A stretch of DNA of 64,000 nt from Phormidesmis sp. (GCA_965248535.1 CBDFJR010000002.1:1376001-1440000); one strand, 5' to 3'; shown: positions 36,162 to 47,029, counted from the stretch's first letter. The notes: a model not told the origin generated them from the letters alone. Numbers and translations: made by a program.

Positions 36162-36917
36162 ATGACTCAACAAACCTGGAATCCAGAACGCTATGCCAAG
36201 AATGCTCGGTTTGTCTCTGACCTAGGCGAACCGCTTCTTGATTTACTGCAACTGGTGCCTGGCGAGAAAGTTCTTGATCTTGGCTGTGGAGACGGAGCGC
36301 TAACCGAAAAACTGGCGGCCGCAGGGGGGCTAGTCTTAGGAGTCGATGCCAGCGTTGACCAAGTGCAGGCGACTCGTCAGCGCGGACTGGATGCGGAAGT
36401 CTTCGCGGCCGAAGATCTGCCCTTTGTTGAGGAGTTTGACGCGGTTTTCAGCAATGCCGTTTTGCATTGGGTTAGAGATCAGCCGATGGCACTGGCTAAA
36501 ATCTACCGATCGCTACTCCCAAACGGGCGATTTGTCGCCGAAATGGGTGGATTTGGGTGTGTGGCAACGATTCGTAACGCCCTTCACGAATCACTCCGCG
36601 ATCGTGGCATTGACCCCCAAGACTACGATCCCTGGTTTTTCCCAACCGTCGATCAATATCGCGTTCTTTTAGAAGATCAGGGCTTTGAAATCGATTCGAT
36701 CGTGCTCTTTCCCCGACCAACACCTTTGCCGGGTGATCTCTCCGGGTGGCTCGAAACCTTTGCCCAGCCATTTCTTCGGGCGCTTCCGTCAGAGGATTGG
36801 CAGACTTGCATTGAAGAAGTGCGCGATCGCGCCTATCCCACCCTCTTTCACAGCGATCAAGGCTGGGTTGCTGACTACACTCGATTGAGATTTCGAGCTA
36901 TTCGGCAGGCGGCTTAA
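36162..36917 (+). CDS. Class I SAM-dependent methyltransferase (Tam-like)
   Basis: VLDLGCGDG; FDAVFSNAVLHW; ADY.RLRF. Confidence 0.92.
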   Translation: MTQQTWNPERYAKNARFVSDLGEPLLDLLQLVPGEKVLDLGCGDGALTEKLAAAGGLVLGVDASVDQVQATRQRGLDAEVFAAEDLPFVEEFDAVFSNAVLHWVRDQPMALAKIYRSLLPNGRFVAEMGGFGCVATIRNALHESLRDRGIDPQDYDPWFFPTVDQYRVLLEDQGFEIDSIVLFPRPTPLPGDLSGWLETFAQPFLRALPSEDWQTCIEEVRDRAYPTLFHSDQGWVADYTRLRFRAIRQAA

Positions 36918-37308
36918 TCGGTTGAATATCGAGTTCTAGAAACCCAGTTTGGGGATCGGGCGATCGTGAAAAAATCAGATCCTCACACTCTCCGATCACA
37001 ATCTCGGCAGTCGTGTAGATAATGCTGCCGTTGTCCAAGTGTCCCCCGATCGTGCGCCCGGCTGAGTCAGCGATCGCAATATGCAAATGCAGCCCCTTCA
37101 CCGACAGCGTGCCATTGAGCGAGAGAATCTCAAATCTTCCGGGCAAAAGCTGACTCGTTGGCTGATCAGCAAATCGGATGGCGGCTTGTTTGAGACTCCC
37201 GATCGCCGACAGCACAAACCCGGCTTGAATCTCATTCTCAAGCGCAAATTCCTTGAGACTTTGACGTAAATCCCGATCGGGCTTCAGCCGCAACGCAAAG
37301 ACTTTCAT
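36898..37308 (-). CDS. PPC/DUF296 domain protein
   Basis: FEILSLNGT; HLHI; GGHL; TTAEI. Confidence 0.92.
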   Translation of the reverse strand: MKVFALRLKPDRDLRQSLKEFALENEIQAGFVLSAIGSLKQAAIRFADQPTSQLLPGRFEILSLNGTLSVKGLHLHIAIADSAGRTIGGHLDNGSIIYTTAEIVIGECEDLIFSRSPDPQTGFLELDIQPIKPPAE

Positions 37309-37337
37309 AGTTACTAATTGAGATCCCCGGATTCTTG

Positions 37338-37946
37338 CTACGACTTTCCACAAATGACTCGCCGCATCTGCTTAAGATTAGTCGGCAAATCAAACTGAAT
37401 CGCCTGCTCAATCAGCACCCCCGGAATCGGAATCGTCGGAGTCGCCTGCACCGAATAGGTCAAAATCGTGCCATCTCCACAAGCTTGAAGCTGCAAATCG
37501 GCGCTAAAATCGCGAAAACTTCCCGACTCAAAATAGAACTGAATGCGCTGATGTTGGGTCTCTAAAACTTTGAGATGAATCTCAACCTGCGCCGTGAGAA
37601 ACAAAAAGGCTCGGCTGGCTTTTTGATAAATGCGCTTGACCTGCTGCTTAAGCACCGTTGCGCTAGTAGAGCCATTTGGGTCAGAGTGCACCACTTCGCT
37701 GCGGGTGATATCAGGAAAAAACAGCGTCCAGCGCGGATAATCAGTCAACTGCTGCCAGACTTGAGTCGGAGAGACAGGCAAATACATCTGGGCGGTGACA
37801 GCCCCTCCCCAAGCGGTGTAAGCGCGAGTTTTAAGCAGAATTTCACCATTGATCAAAGAAGTGCGCTGAGAGTCACGAATCTCTGGAACGAAGGACACAG
37901 CCTCTGTAGATCTCTGAGATAGATGGGGTTTTGTCGATGCAGTCAT
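37338..37946 (-). CDS. SRPBCC / polyketide cyclase family protein
   Basis: VWQQLTDYPRW..FFPD; G.F.DF; C-terminal helix. Confidence 0.85.
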   Translation of the reverse strand: MTASTKPHLSQRSTEAVSFVPEIRDSQRTSLINGEILLKTRAYTAWGGAVTAQMYLPVSPTQVWQQLTDYPRWTLFFPDITRSEVVHSDPNGSTSATVLKQQVKRIYQKASRAFLFLTAQVEIHLKVLETQHQRIQFYFESGSFRDFSADLQLQACGDGTILTYSVQATPTIPIPGVLIEQAIQFDLPTNLKQMRRVICGKS

Positions 37947-38166
37947 CTTGATTTAGCACTCCTCAACGAAGGTCATTGGGCGATTGGATCAAGGGTGCAA
38001 ACCATCGACGAAAATTGTAACGAGTCGTCGATCGTGCCCCTACCAACGCTAAGTTATCAATATAATTAACACCTTGACATAAAAATCTGCCGTTTTCTGA
38101 TGAAGATTTAGATAAATCTACTCATGACAAGAGACTTAAAACCATCACCGTTGTGTGTAAAAAACT

Positions 38167-38346
38167 ATGAGCAAGTCATCTAACTCGCGAGTTATCGTCT
38201 TTCTAGGAGTCCTTGGGCTAACGGCTCTGATGTGGCTGCTGAGAGGCATAGGATTCCTCACCTTTATTCCTGGATTTGTCTTGTGGACGTTAATTTTACT
38301 GACGATCGTGCTGGCGATCGTCAACGGGCTAATTGAGACCAGATAA
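38167..38346 (+). CDS. Small two-TM membrane protein (59 aa, not in the ORF track)
   Basis: MSKSSNSRVIVFLGVLGLTALMWLLRGIGFLTFIPGFVLWTLILLTIVLAIVNGLIETR. Confidence 0.7.
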   Translation: MSKSSNSRVIVFLGVLGLTALMWLLRGIGFLTFIPGFVLWTLILLTIVLAIVNGLIETR

Positions 38347-38563
38347 TCGTTAAATCGCTCCCCATTATCCCTATTAAGGGTTATTCTCTTGACTCAAAAA
38401 CCGGGCTTCTAACCCCAAAGCATGAGCCGATTAATGACTGTTTTCTGGCTTCAAACCCATCCTCAGATGGATTGTTATAGAGGCGGTAATCGAGATAATA
38501 ACAACTACTTAGTTAGGGAATTCTAGCTAGTTATTGAAATCTTTATTTTGAAATTTCTGCACT

Positions 38564-38995
38564 ATGAATCTTGAAAGCCAAACCCGTGGACAGCTAGAGC
38601 GCATCCTCTCCCAGCGCATTCAAGCGCTTTATCGAACGCAGCTTGGGCAGCAACCTAGTCGAGTGCAGTGTCAAATTTTTGATGGCAAAGTAGTGATCAT
38701 TTTAGAAGATTCGATTACTAAAACTGAGCAAGTTTTGGTAGCCAATGGTCAAGAAGATTTAGCCGAGCAAGTCAGACAAGATCTCGATAAAGCCTTCAAT
38801 CCTCAACTGACAGATTTGATTCAAGAAGTGATGGGAATCGAAGTAATCGATGTTTTAACCGATGCCACCCTCAAAACTGGCAGAATGGGCACGATCGCCG
38901 TTTTAGCCGACACGCCCCAGTTTCGCGAGTCTCAAAACCCTCGCAGACTCAAGAGTGACCCAGAAGCGGAAGACCCCGATCATCCCGATAATTAA
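38564..38995 (+). CDS. DUF2294 protein
   Basis: LSQRIQALY...LG..P; TKTEQ.L; VR..LD; D..L.TGR. Confidence 0.85.
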   Translation: MNLESQTRGQLERILSQRIQALYRTQLGQQPSRVQCQIFDGKVVIILEDSITKTEQVLVANGQEDLAEQVRQDLDKAFNPQLTDLIQEVMGIEVIDVLTDATLKTGRMGTIAVLADTPQFRESQNPRRLKSDPEAEDPDHPDN

Positions 38996-39031
38996 ATATA
39001 TTGAGTTCAAGATCATCAGGAGCATAGGCTT

Positions 39032-40399
39032 ATGGCAATCGCCAGCACAAATCCAGCCACTGGAGAAGTTTTAAAAACGTTTGAGGCGTTGAGCGATCGC
39101 GATCTTGAAACCAAGCTTGACCACGCCCAGCAGACGTTTTTAGACTACCGAACGGTGCCAATGTCCCAAAAAGCCACTTGGCTAAATCGGGCGGCTGAGA
39201 TTTTAGACGCAGAGCGCGATCGCTTCGCCAAGACCATGACGCTAGAAATGGGAAAACCTCTCAAAGCGGCGATCTCCGAGGTCGAAAAATGTGCCTCAGT
39301 CTGTCGCTACTATGCTGAAAATGCTCCTCAGCTTTTGGCCGATGTGATCGTCAAAACCGACGCGAGTCACAGCTTTATTCGCTATCAGCCCTTGGGCATC
39401 GTTTTGGCGGTCATGCCGTGGAATTTTCCGTTTTGGCAGGTGTTTAGATTTGCGGCACCCGCCCTGATGGCAGGAAACGTGGGCTTGCTGAAACACGCCT
39501 CTAATGTGCCCCAGTCGGCTCTGGCGATCGAAGAAATTCTGCACCGGGCGGGCTTTCCGACGGGATCGTTTCAAACATTGCTGGTTGGCGCAGATAAGGT
39601 GGCGGCGATCGTGGCAGACGATCGGATCAAAGCCGCCACTTTAACAGGCAGCGAACCTGCGGGCATCAGTTTGGCCTCAACCGCCGGAAAACACCTTAAA
39701 AAAGTCGTACTGGAATTGGGGGGCAGCGATCCGTTTATTGTCATGCCCAGTGCAGATTTAGAGATGGCGGTCTCTATGGCGGTGACTGCCCGCATGATCA
39801 ACAATGGACAGTCTTGCATCGCGGCTAAACGATTTATTTTGGCAGAGACGATCGCTGATGAATTTATCGATCGCTTAGTCGAAAAATATCGCGCCCTCAA
39901 AATTGGTGACCCGCTCCTACCCGACACCGACATTGGCCCCCTCGCCACACCTGGGATTCTCAAAGATTTAGACCAACAGGTCAAAACCAGTATCCAGCAG
40001 GGGGCAAAAGTCTTGATCGGCGGTGAGCCGCTGGCCGATCGTCCGGGCAATTTTTATTCACCAACGATTTTGAGTGAGATTCCGGTGGGCTGCCTGGCAG
40101 AGCACGAAGAATTTTTTGGGCCCGTGGCGCTTCTGTTTCGAGTTCATGACATTGATGCCGCGATTCGGCGCGCTAATGATTCGCCGTTTGGCTTAGGCGC
40201 GAGTGCTTGGACGACTGATCTAAAAGAGCGCGATCGCTTCATCGCAGAAATCGAAGCAGGGTCAGTCTTTATCAACAGCATGGTCAAATCTGACGTGCGC
40301 TTGCCTTTTGGCGGCATCAAGCGATCGGGCTATGGTCGCGAGTTGGGCAAAGAAGGCATCCACGAGTTTGTTAATATCAAAACAATCTGGGAAAAATAG
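39032..40399 (+). CDS. gabD: Succinate-semialdehyde dehydrogenase
   Basis: MPWNFP; LELGGSDP; GQSCIAAKR; EEFFGP; PFGG.K.SG.GRE. Confidence 0.9.
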   Translation: MAIASTNPATGEVLKTFEALSDRDLETKLDHAQQTFLDYRTVPMSQKATWLNRAAEILDAERDRFAKTMTLEMGKPLKAAISEVEKCASVCRYYAENAPQLLADVIVKTDASHSFIRYQPLGIVLAVMPWNFPFWQVFRFAAPALMAGNVGLLKHASNVPQSALAIEEILHRAGFPTGSFQTLLVGADKVAAIVADDRIKAATLTGSEPAGISLASTAGKHLKKVVLELGGSDPFIVMPSADLEMAVSMAVTARMINNGQSCIAAKRFILAETIADEFIDRLVEKYRALKIGDPLLPDTDIGPLATPGILKDLDQQVKTSIQQGAKVLIGGEPLADRPGNFYSPTILSEIPVGCLAEHEEFFGPVALLFRVHDIDAAIRRANDSPFGLGASAWTTDLKERDRFIAEIEAGSVFINSMVKSDVRLPFGGIKRSGYGRELGKEGIHEFVNIKTIWEK

Positions 40400-40695
40400 A
40401 GCGGTGAATTCACCCTGAGGCTTAAGGTTTAGAGTTCTAGAGATCGGCTATAACTTGAGGGGGATCGATCATTCCCCCCTAAGATCATTGATTGGTCTAG
40501 TTAAAGCCTTTCTAGAAATCACATCCCCATAAAAACCCTGAAGTCAACTCCCATAACACCGATGCAGGTGGCTCTCTGAAGTCTCCCAGCTTTTGCTTGA
40601 GTGCTTAACAGCAAGGGAATTCAGGCTTCAGGCTTTTTTAAGAAACACCTTACATCACGACTTACCTTGAACCCCTTTCCCCGGAGGGCAGACCT

Positions 40696-42342
40696 ATGAG
40701 CGCAATGAACACGGCTGAACTATTGATTCGATGTCTAGAAAATGAGGGCGTAAAATACATTTTTGGGCTACCCGGAGAAGAAAATCTTCACGTTTTAGAA
40801 GCCCTGCAAAAGTCCTCAATTCAATTCATCACGACTCGTCACGAGCAGGGCGCGGCCTTTATGGCCGATGTCTATGGGCGCTTGACTGGGTGTGCAGGCG
40901 TGTGTCTCTCGACGCTGGGGCCAGGGGCAACTAATTTGATGACGGGGGTGGCAGACGCAAACCTCGATCGCGCCCCCCTTGTGGCCATTACGGGGCAAGT
41001 GGGCACCGATCGGATGCACATTGAGTCTCATCAATATCTCGATCTAGTGGCGATGTTTGCCCCGGTCACCAAGTGGAACGCTCAGATCGTTCGCCCTAGC
41101 AACACGTCAGAGATTGTCCGGCGAGCGTTTAAGATAGCTCAGACCGAAAACCCCGGTGCCGTTCACATTGATTTGCCTGAAAATATCGCTGCCATGTCGG
41201 TCGAAGGTCAGCCCTTAATGACGGGCGAGATCGAAAAAACCTACGCCTCGTTTCGCAGCATTGAGAAAGCGGCGATCGCCATTGCTGCCGCCAAAAATCC
41301 CTTAATTCTGGTAGGAAACGGGGCGATTCGCGATCGCGCCAGCGAGATGGTGACTAAATTTGCCACTCAACTCAACATTCCCGTTGCCAACACGTTTATG
41401 GGCAAAGGCGTGATTCCCTACACCCATCCCCTAGCGCTGTGGGCGGTTGGCTTGCAGCAGCGTGACTATATTAGCTGTGGCTTTGATCAAGCAGATTTGG
41501 TGATCGCGATCGGCTATGACCTGATTGAATATTCGCCCAAAAAGTGGAACCCCAAAGCCGATATCCCGATCGTGCATATCAGCGTCACCCCGGCTGAGAT
41601 TGACAGCAGCTATATTCCGATCGCTGAGGTGGTCGGCGATATCTCAGATGCGCTGCAAGAAATTTTGCATCGCGCCAATCGTGAAGGCAAACCTGAACCC
41701 TATGCCCTAGAGCTTCGGGCAGAAATTAGGGCCGACTATGCTCAATATGCTGACGATGAGGGCTTTCCCATCAAGCCACAAAAGCTGATCTATGATCTGC
41801 GGCAGGTGATGGGCCCTGACGACATCGTGATCTCAGATGTGGGAGCGCACAAGATGTGGATGGCGCGTCACTATCACTGTCATCGCCCCAACACTTGCAT
41901 TATTTCTAACGGGTTTGCGGCCATGGGCATTGCGATTCCGGGCGCGATCGCTGCCAAACTCGTGCATCCTCAACACAAAGTGGTGGCAGTCACGGGCGAC
42001 GGGGGCTTTATGATGAACTGTCAAGAATTAGAAACCGCCCTCAGAATCGGCACAGCTTTCGTGACGATTATTTTCAACGATGGCGGCTATGGACTGATCG
42101 AGTGGAAACAAGAAAATCAGTTCGGGCATTCTTCATTCATTAAATTCACCAACCCCGATTTTGTCAAATTTGCTGAGAGCATGGGTCTCAAGGGTTATCG
42201 AATCAACTCCTGTGCAGACTTAATTCCTACTCTAAAAGAAGCCTTGGCCCAAGATGTTCCGGCGGTGATTGACTGCCCGATCGACTATCGAGAAAATCTC
42301 CGCTTTACCCAACGCGCTGGTGATTTAAGCTGCACAATTTAG
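40696..42342 (+). CDS. ThDP enzyme of the acetolactate synthase family; likely 2-oxoglutarate decarboxylase
   Basis: FGLPGEEN; RHEQGAAFMA; GDGG..NDGGYG. Adjacent to SSADH, with no ilvN nearby. Confidence 0.8.
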   Translation: MSAMNTAELLIRCLENEGVKYIFGLPGEENLHVLEALQKSSIQFITTRHEQGAAFMADVYGRLTGCAGVCLSTLGPGATNLMTGVADANLDRAPLVAITGQVGTDRMHIESHQYLDLVAMFAPVTKWNAQIVRPSNTSEIVRRAFKIAQTENPGAVHIDLPENIAAMSVEGQPLMTGEIEKTYASFRSIEKAAIAIAAAKNPLILVGNGAIRDRASEMVTKFATQLNIPVANTFMGKGVIPYTHPLALWAVGLQQRDYISCGFDQADLVIAIGYDLIEYSPKKWNPKADIPIVHISVTPAEIDSSYIPIAEVVGDISDALQEILHRANREGKPEPYALELRAEIRADYAQYADDEGFPIKPQKLIYDLRQVMGPDDIVISDVGAHKMWMARHYHCHRPNTCIISNGFAAMGIAIPGAIAAKLVHPQHKVVAVTGDGGFMMNCQELETALRIGTAFVTIIFNDGGYGLIEWKQENQFGHSSFIKFTNPDFVKFAESMGLKGYRINSCADLIPTLKEALAQDVPAVIDCPIDYRENLRFTQRAGDLSCTI

Positions 42343-42345
42343 CCG

Positions 42346-43029
42346 TCAATTTAGCGGCAGCAGTCGTTCTAAATCTAAGTTGCTAGCCGCCTGAGCCAGT
42401 TTTGACCGATCCGTTGGGTCAGATAAAAAAGGTATCAGTCCTAAAACCGGAACCTGGGTCAATGACTCGATCAAGTCCGCAGGTGCCCAGTTGTCAACCT
42501 CTTCATCAGAGCAAGACTTGACACAGTTGAGCACAATGCCCTTGAGATGAACTCGGCACGATCGGGCTAGCGCGATATTTGCAACCGCTTGCCCGATCGC
42601 GCCCAACTTGACAGGCACCACCAAAACCGTTGAGATCCGCCAATCCCACGCTAAATCTGCCACCGTGGTCTCTCTGGTGATCGGCGACCCCAACCCCCCC
42701 AGTGCTTCGACTAAAACCCAGTCGCGTTTTTGGCGCAGCGCCTCAAAGCTCTGCCAGACCTTTTCTAGTTTGACGGACGTTCCTTCTTTTTCAGCCGCTA
42801 ACGGAGGCGCGAGCGCCGCTGCAAAATAAAGCGGGTTCAACTCCTCTAGAGTTTGGTCAAGGGAAAATAGCCGAGCGTAGAGTTCCCGATCGCCCGTTCC
42901 GGTCTGAATCGGCTTCATCACCCCCAGCGATCGGGGCTGACAATGGGCTTGCCAATAGGCCGCGAGCGCAGTCGTTAAAACGGTCTTTCCAGCGTCGGTG
43001 TCAGTTCCAGTGATTAATAATGCGTTCAA
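42346..43029 (-). CDS. bioD: Dethiobiotin synthase
   Basis: ITGTDTDAGKT; KPIQTG; VEALGG. Confidence 0.95.
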   Translation of the reverse strand: MNALLITGTDTDAGKTVLTTALAAYWQAHCQPRSLGVMKPIQTGTGDRELYARLFSLDQTLEELNPLYFAAALAPPLAAEKEGTSVKLEKVWQSFEALRQKRDWVLVEALGGLGSPITRETTVADLAWDWRISTVLVVPVKLGAIGQAVANIALARSCRVHLKGIVLNCVKSCSDEEVDNWAPADLIESLTQVPVLGLIPFLSDPTDRSKLAQAASNLDLERLLPLN

Positions 43030-43056
43030 ACAAAGCCACTCAAAACTTCCCTTACT

Positions 43057-44938
43057 CTAGCGGACATTGACATCTAGCTGAAAGTCAGTGTCTTGAGTCG
43101 CCATCACATCAATTTGATAGTCTCCACTTCTAGACAGTTGAGCTTGCCATTTGACAACCCCCGAAGAATCTTCTACCAGTTTGCCGCTGGGGTAGTGAAT
43201 CGCCAACGTTGCCGTCCCCGAATTGAGTTGCACACTCAAGGTTTGACCCTTTTGGGCATTGACCAAATAGCGCCGGATCACTAGGGGAGTCGTTTGTCCG
43301 ACAACTTGCGTTCCAGTCTGCCCTGGCAAAAAGCTGACCCGATCGGTTTGAACGGTGGGCGTAGCGCGTGGGCAAAGGAGTCGGCGTTGGGGTGGTTGAA
43401 GGAACGGGAGTGGGGGGCGCTTTTAGCGCGACATCTAGCTTATAGTCGGTTTTAGGAATCCCTTTAACGGTTTTGAGTTGAATGGTGTAATCGCCCGTAA
43501 ACGGCAGTTCGCCCTCCCAGCGAGAGACGCGACTGGCCCGATCGTCAACCGGATCTTGATTGGGAGCCAAGACACTCAGCAACACGCCTTCACTGGCCAA
43601 CGCAGTACTCAGCGTCTGTCCCTGCTGCCCTGGCACCACAAAACTCAGCGTTTCATTAGCTCTCAAGGTGCCGTTTTTAGCAGCATTTTCTCCAGGCGCT
43701 AAATTTAGGCGCTGCTTATAAAGCACTGGCTCACTGCTGGGGCTAGCGCTAGGAGAAGGACGAACGCTCGGTGAGGTGGTTGGGCTAGGAGTCGCCACGA
43801 TCGTCTGACTCGGTGTAGGCGTGGGCGTAGGTTGCGGATTCATCAACGCCCGCACCAAAGTCCAAGAACCCAGACCCGTCAGCAACACTAGCCCAGTGCC
43901 GATCGCGCCCACAGCCCAGGGATCATCCCACAGAGACCCCCGCGTCGGAATCGTTGGATCAGAGCGAGTCAGATTGGTGGGCAAAGTGGTCGGGTCGATG
44001 TTGGCACGCCTCCCTACAGCCACGGTGTCCATGCGTGAAGCGGGTGGCTGCTGGGGTTGAGCCGCGATCGGGGGCGGCGTTTGCGGCACAGGCGTAACAT
44101 TGGGCGGAGACTGAAGCGCGTGAAGCACGTCTTGAGACGATTGATAACGATCGGTCGTGCGGTAGCTCAACATCCGATTGATCACCATGGCAAACCCAGG
44201 GCTGACGGTGACTAATCGCTGCCAGCGCCAGGCCATCGTGGTTTCGTCAAATAATTCTTGTGGCTCTCGCCCCGTCAGCAGCACCACAGCCGTCACGGCC
44301 AACGCATATAAATCACTGTTGGGGTAGGCCCGTCCAGTCTGCATTTGCTCAGTCGGCGCATAGCCCAACTTGCCGACCGTAGTGGATTGTCTGACCGTAT
44401 CGGGAGACTGAATACGAGTGGCCAATTCTTTAACCACACCAAAATCGATCAGGACAGGGAGGCGATCGCTTTGCCGCAGCATTATATTGTCAGGCGCAAT
44501 ATCACGATGAATAATTCCCTTGCCGTGAATGTAAGACAGCACTGGCAGCACCTGCTGGAGGATCTGAATCACCTCGACCTCTGAGAAGACATAGCCCTGG
44601 GTTTTGCGTTCGTCTAGAAGGGCGCGATAGGTTTTGCCCTCGACATAATCTTGAACCAGAAAAAATCGCTGGTCTTCTTCAAACGTGGCTCTAAACTGCG
44701 GAATTTGGGGATGCTGAATCTGGTAGAGAATCTGAGCCTCTCGCTGAAACAGTTCTTTAGATTTATCTAGCGCATAGGCGTTGTCTTGGGGCGGAATCAA
44801 TTCTTTGAGGGCACACAGTTCGTTAAATCGCCCTTGGTCTTCAGCCAAATAAGTCCGACCAAATCCTCCCTGTCCTAAAATGCTTAAGACGCGATAACGA
44901 TTTTGCAAAGTAGTTCCGGTAGGAATAGCAGTTTGCAT
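43057..44938 (-). CDS. Hanks-type Ser/Thr kinase with TM and extracellular beta domains; frameshift near 43367
   Basis: GQGGFG; HRDIAPDN; DFG. The C-terminal domain continues in the frame of ORF 43057-43329. Confidence 0.9.
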
Positions 44939-45166
44939 AGCAGATTTAATCACTCACATTTCAATAATGTTAGAGAGGCAGAGGGCCGCTTGAGTTTCGA
45001 CGCGACTTACTCACGACTCGACCCAATGATTCCAGTCTAAAGTTTACAGTCCAAATCAGAACATGCTGCACCCCACTTCCTATTCTGGCAGAGGGGCAGG
45101 GTCGCGAGTGACTACAGCGTGCACAGCACTGGCTACGGATCGCTCACGATGAAGTCTGTAGAGACT

Positions 45167-45625
45167 TTAGCGGCTCAGCTTAGATTTGACGAATTCTTGA
45201 ACTTTTTTGCCATCTGTTTTGCCTTTTAACTGCTGCATCGCGGCACCCATGACTTTGCCCATATCTTTGGCAGAGTTTGCCCCGACTTGGGCAATGATGT
45301 CGTCAATCACCTGAGAAACTTCAGCGTCAGAGAGCTGCTGAGGCAAAAATTCTTCTACGATCGCTAACTCTTGCGCTTCTTGGTGAGCCAGATCAGTGCG
45401 TCCTGCGTTTTGATATTGCTCGATCGAGTCTCGACGCTGCTTTGCAACTTGCACCAACACTTCAGTCTCTTGGGCTTCTGTCAGATCAGATTGCCCCAAT
45501 GGGCGAACGCTCACCTCTTTCTCTAACAACACTTTTTTGATGCTCCGCAAGGTTTCAAGCCGCAGTTTGTCTTTAGACTTCATGGCCGCTTGAATGTCGC
45601 CAGTGATAATATCTTTTAGGGTCAT
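45167..45625 (-). CDS. GatB/YqeY domain protein
   Basis: AMKSKD; KQRRDS..QY..AGR.DLA..E; FLP.QLS; KDMGKVMG. Confidence 0.95.
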   Translation of the reverse strand: MTLKDIITGDIQAAMKSKDKLRLETLRSIKKVLLEKEVSVRPLGQSDLTEAQETEVLVQVAKQRRDSIEQYQNAGRTDLAHQEAQELAIVEEFLPQQLSDAEVSQVIDDIIAQVGANSAKDMGKVMGAAMQQLKGKTDGKKVQEFVKSKLSR

Positions 45626-46008
45626 ACGAGATAATTTCCTTTTCTTCCGGATCTCAAGATAGCTTAAACGAAGCTAGTTAAATAGCCGATTTTTAGGGCT
45701 AACTATTGATAATTGAGTCATCACAAATCTTGGTTGCAGTTGATGCCTAGATTTAATAATCGTAGAAAATATTAAATCCAGTTAGATTCGATTATTGCAA
45801 ACTGACTGACTGTTTTGCCCATGACTCTAGGCATTTGTTAACGGGCGCGGGCGGTGAATAGAACGAATGCTCCGGGGGAGATTCAGTCTCTGTCAAGGGT
45901 TATTTAGTTTCTTGTTGTTAATAACAAAAACTTAAAATTGTCAAGATTCAGGAGGACGTTTATAATCCTCAGTGATAAGATTGCGATGAACGCGTTCGAG
46001 GGCTAAAT

Positions 46009-47001
46009 GTGATCCGTTCTGCAACGTTAACTGCTCCTGCTGCTTTCCCAGCAGTTCCTGACAATAATCGTCTTCGACTACTTTCTGGTTCAGCAAATAT
46101 TGCGCTCTCTCAAGAAGTTGCACGCTACCTAGGGATGGATCTGGGCCCCATGGTGCGAAAACGGTTTGCCGATGGGGAGCTTTATATTCAACTTCAAGAA
46201 TCGATTCGAGGCTGCGATGTCTATTTAATTCAGCCCACCTGTCGCCCGGTCAACGACCATTTAATGGAGTTAATGATCATGGTCGATGCCTGCCGTCGGG
46301 CTTCGGCGCGGCAGATTACAGCAGTGATTCCTTATTATGGCTATGCGAGAGCCGATCGTAAAACCGCAGGTCGTGAGTCAATCACGGCAAAATTAGCGGC
46401 TAACCTAATCACTCAAGCAGGGGCAAGTCGCATTCTAGCGATGGATCTGCACGCTGCCCAGATTCAGGGTTATTTTGATATTCCGCTCGATCATGTTTAC
46501 GGCTCACCTGTTTTGATCAATTATCTAGCGAGCAAACAGCTTCCTGACATTGTGGTGGTGTCGCCCGATGTGGGCGGGGTCGCTCGTGCGAGAGCGTTTG
46601 CCAAAAAATTAAATGATGCGCCTCTAGCGATCATTGATAAGCGCCGTCAGGCGCACAACGTTGCAGAAGTCATGAATGTGATTGGAGATGTGCGCGGCAA
46701 AACTGCTGTGTTAGTCGATGACATGATTGACACGGCGGGCACGATTACCGAGGGTGCCAAGATTTTGCGCGAACAGGGAGCACGGCAAGTCTATGCTTGT
46801 GCCACTCATGCGGTGTTTTCTCCACCTGCGATCGAGCGCCTCTCAAGCGGCTGCCTCGAAGAAGTCATTGTGACCAACACGATACCTGTTGCCGAAGAAA
46901 ACCGCTTTCCCCAACTCACGGTTCTCTCAGTGGCTAATCTGCTGGGTGAAACGATTTGGCGGATTCACGAAGACACTTCTGTCAGCAGCATGTTTCGCTA
47001 A
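46009..47001 (+). CDS. prs: Ribose-phosphate pyrophosphokinase
   Basis: FADGE; PYYGYARADRK; SPDVGG; VDDMIDTAGT. Confidence 0.98.
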   Translation: MIRSATLTAPAAFPAVPDNNRLRLLSGSANIALSQEVARYLGMDLGPMVRKRFADGELYIQLQESIRGCDVYLIQPTCRPVNDHLMELMIMVDACRRASARQITAVIPYYGYARADRKTAGRESITAKLAANLITQAGASRILAMDLHAAQIQGYFDIPLDHVYGSPVLINYLASKQLPDIVVVSPDVGGVARARAFAKKLNDAPLAIIDKRRQAHNVAEVMNVIGDVRGKTAVLVDDMIDTAGTITEGAKILREQGARQVYACATHAVFSPPAIERLSSGCLEEVIVTNTIPVAEENRFPQLTVLSVANLLGETIWRIHEDTSVSSMFR

Positions 47002-47029
47002 ACCTGAAGGGTGAGCATTATTATTTTAT

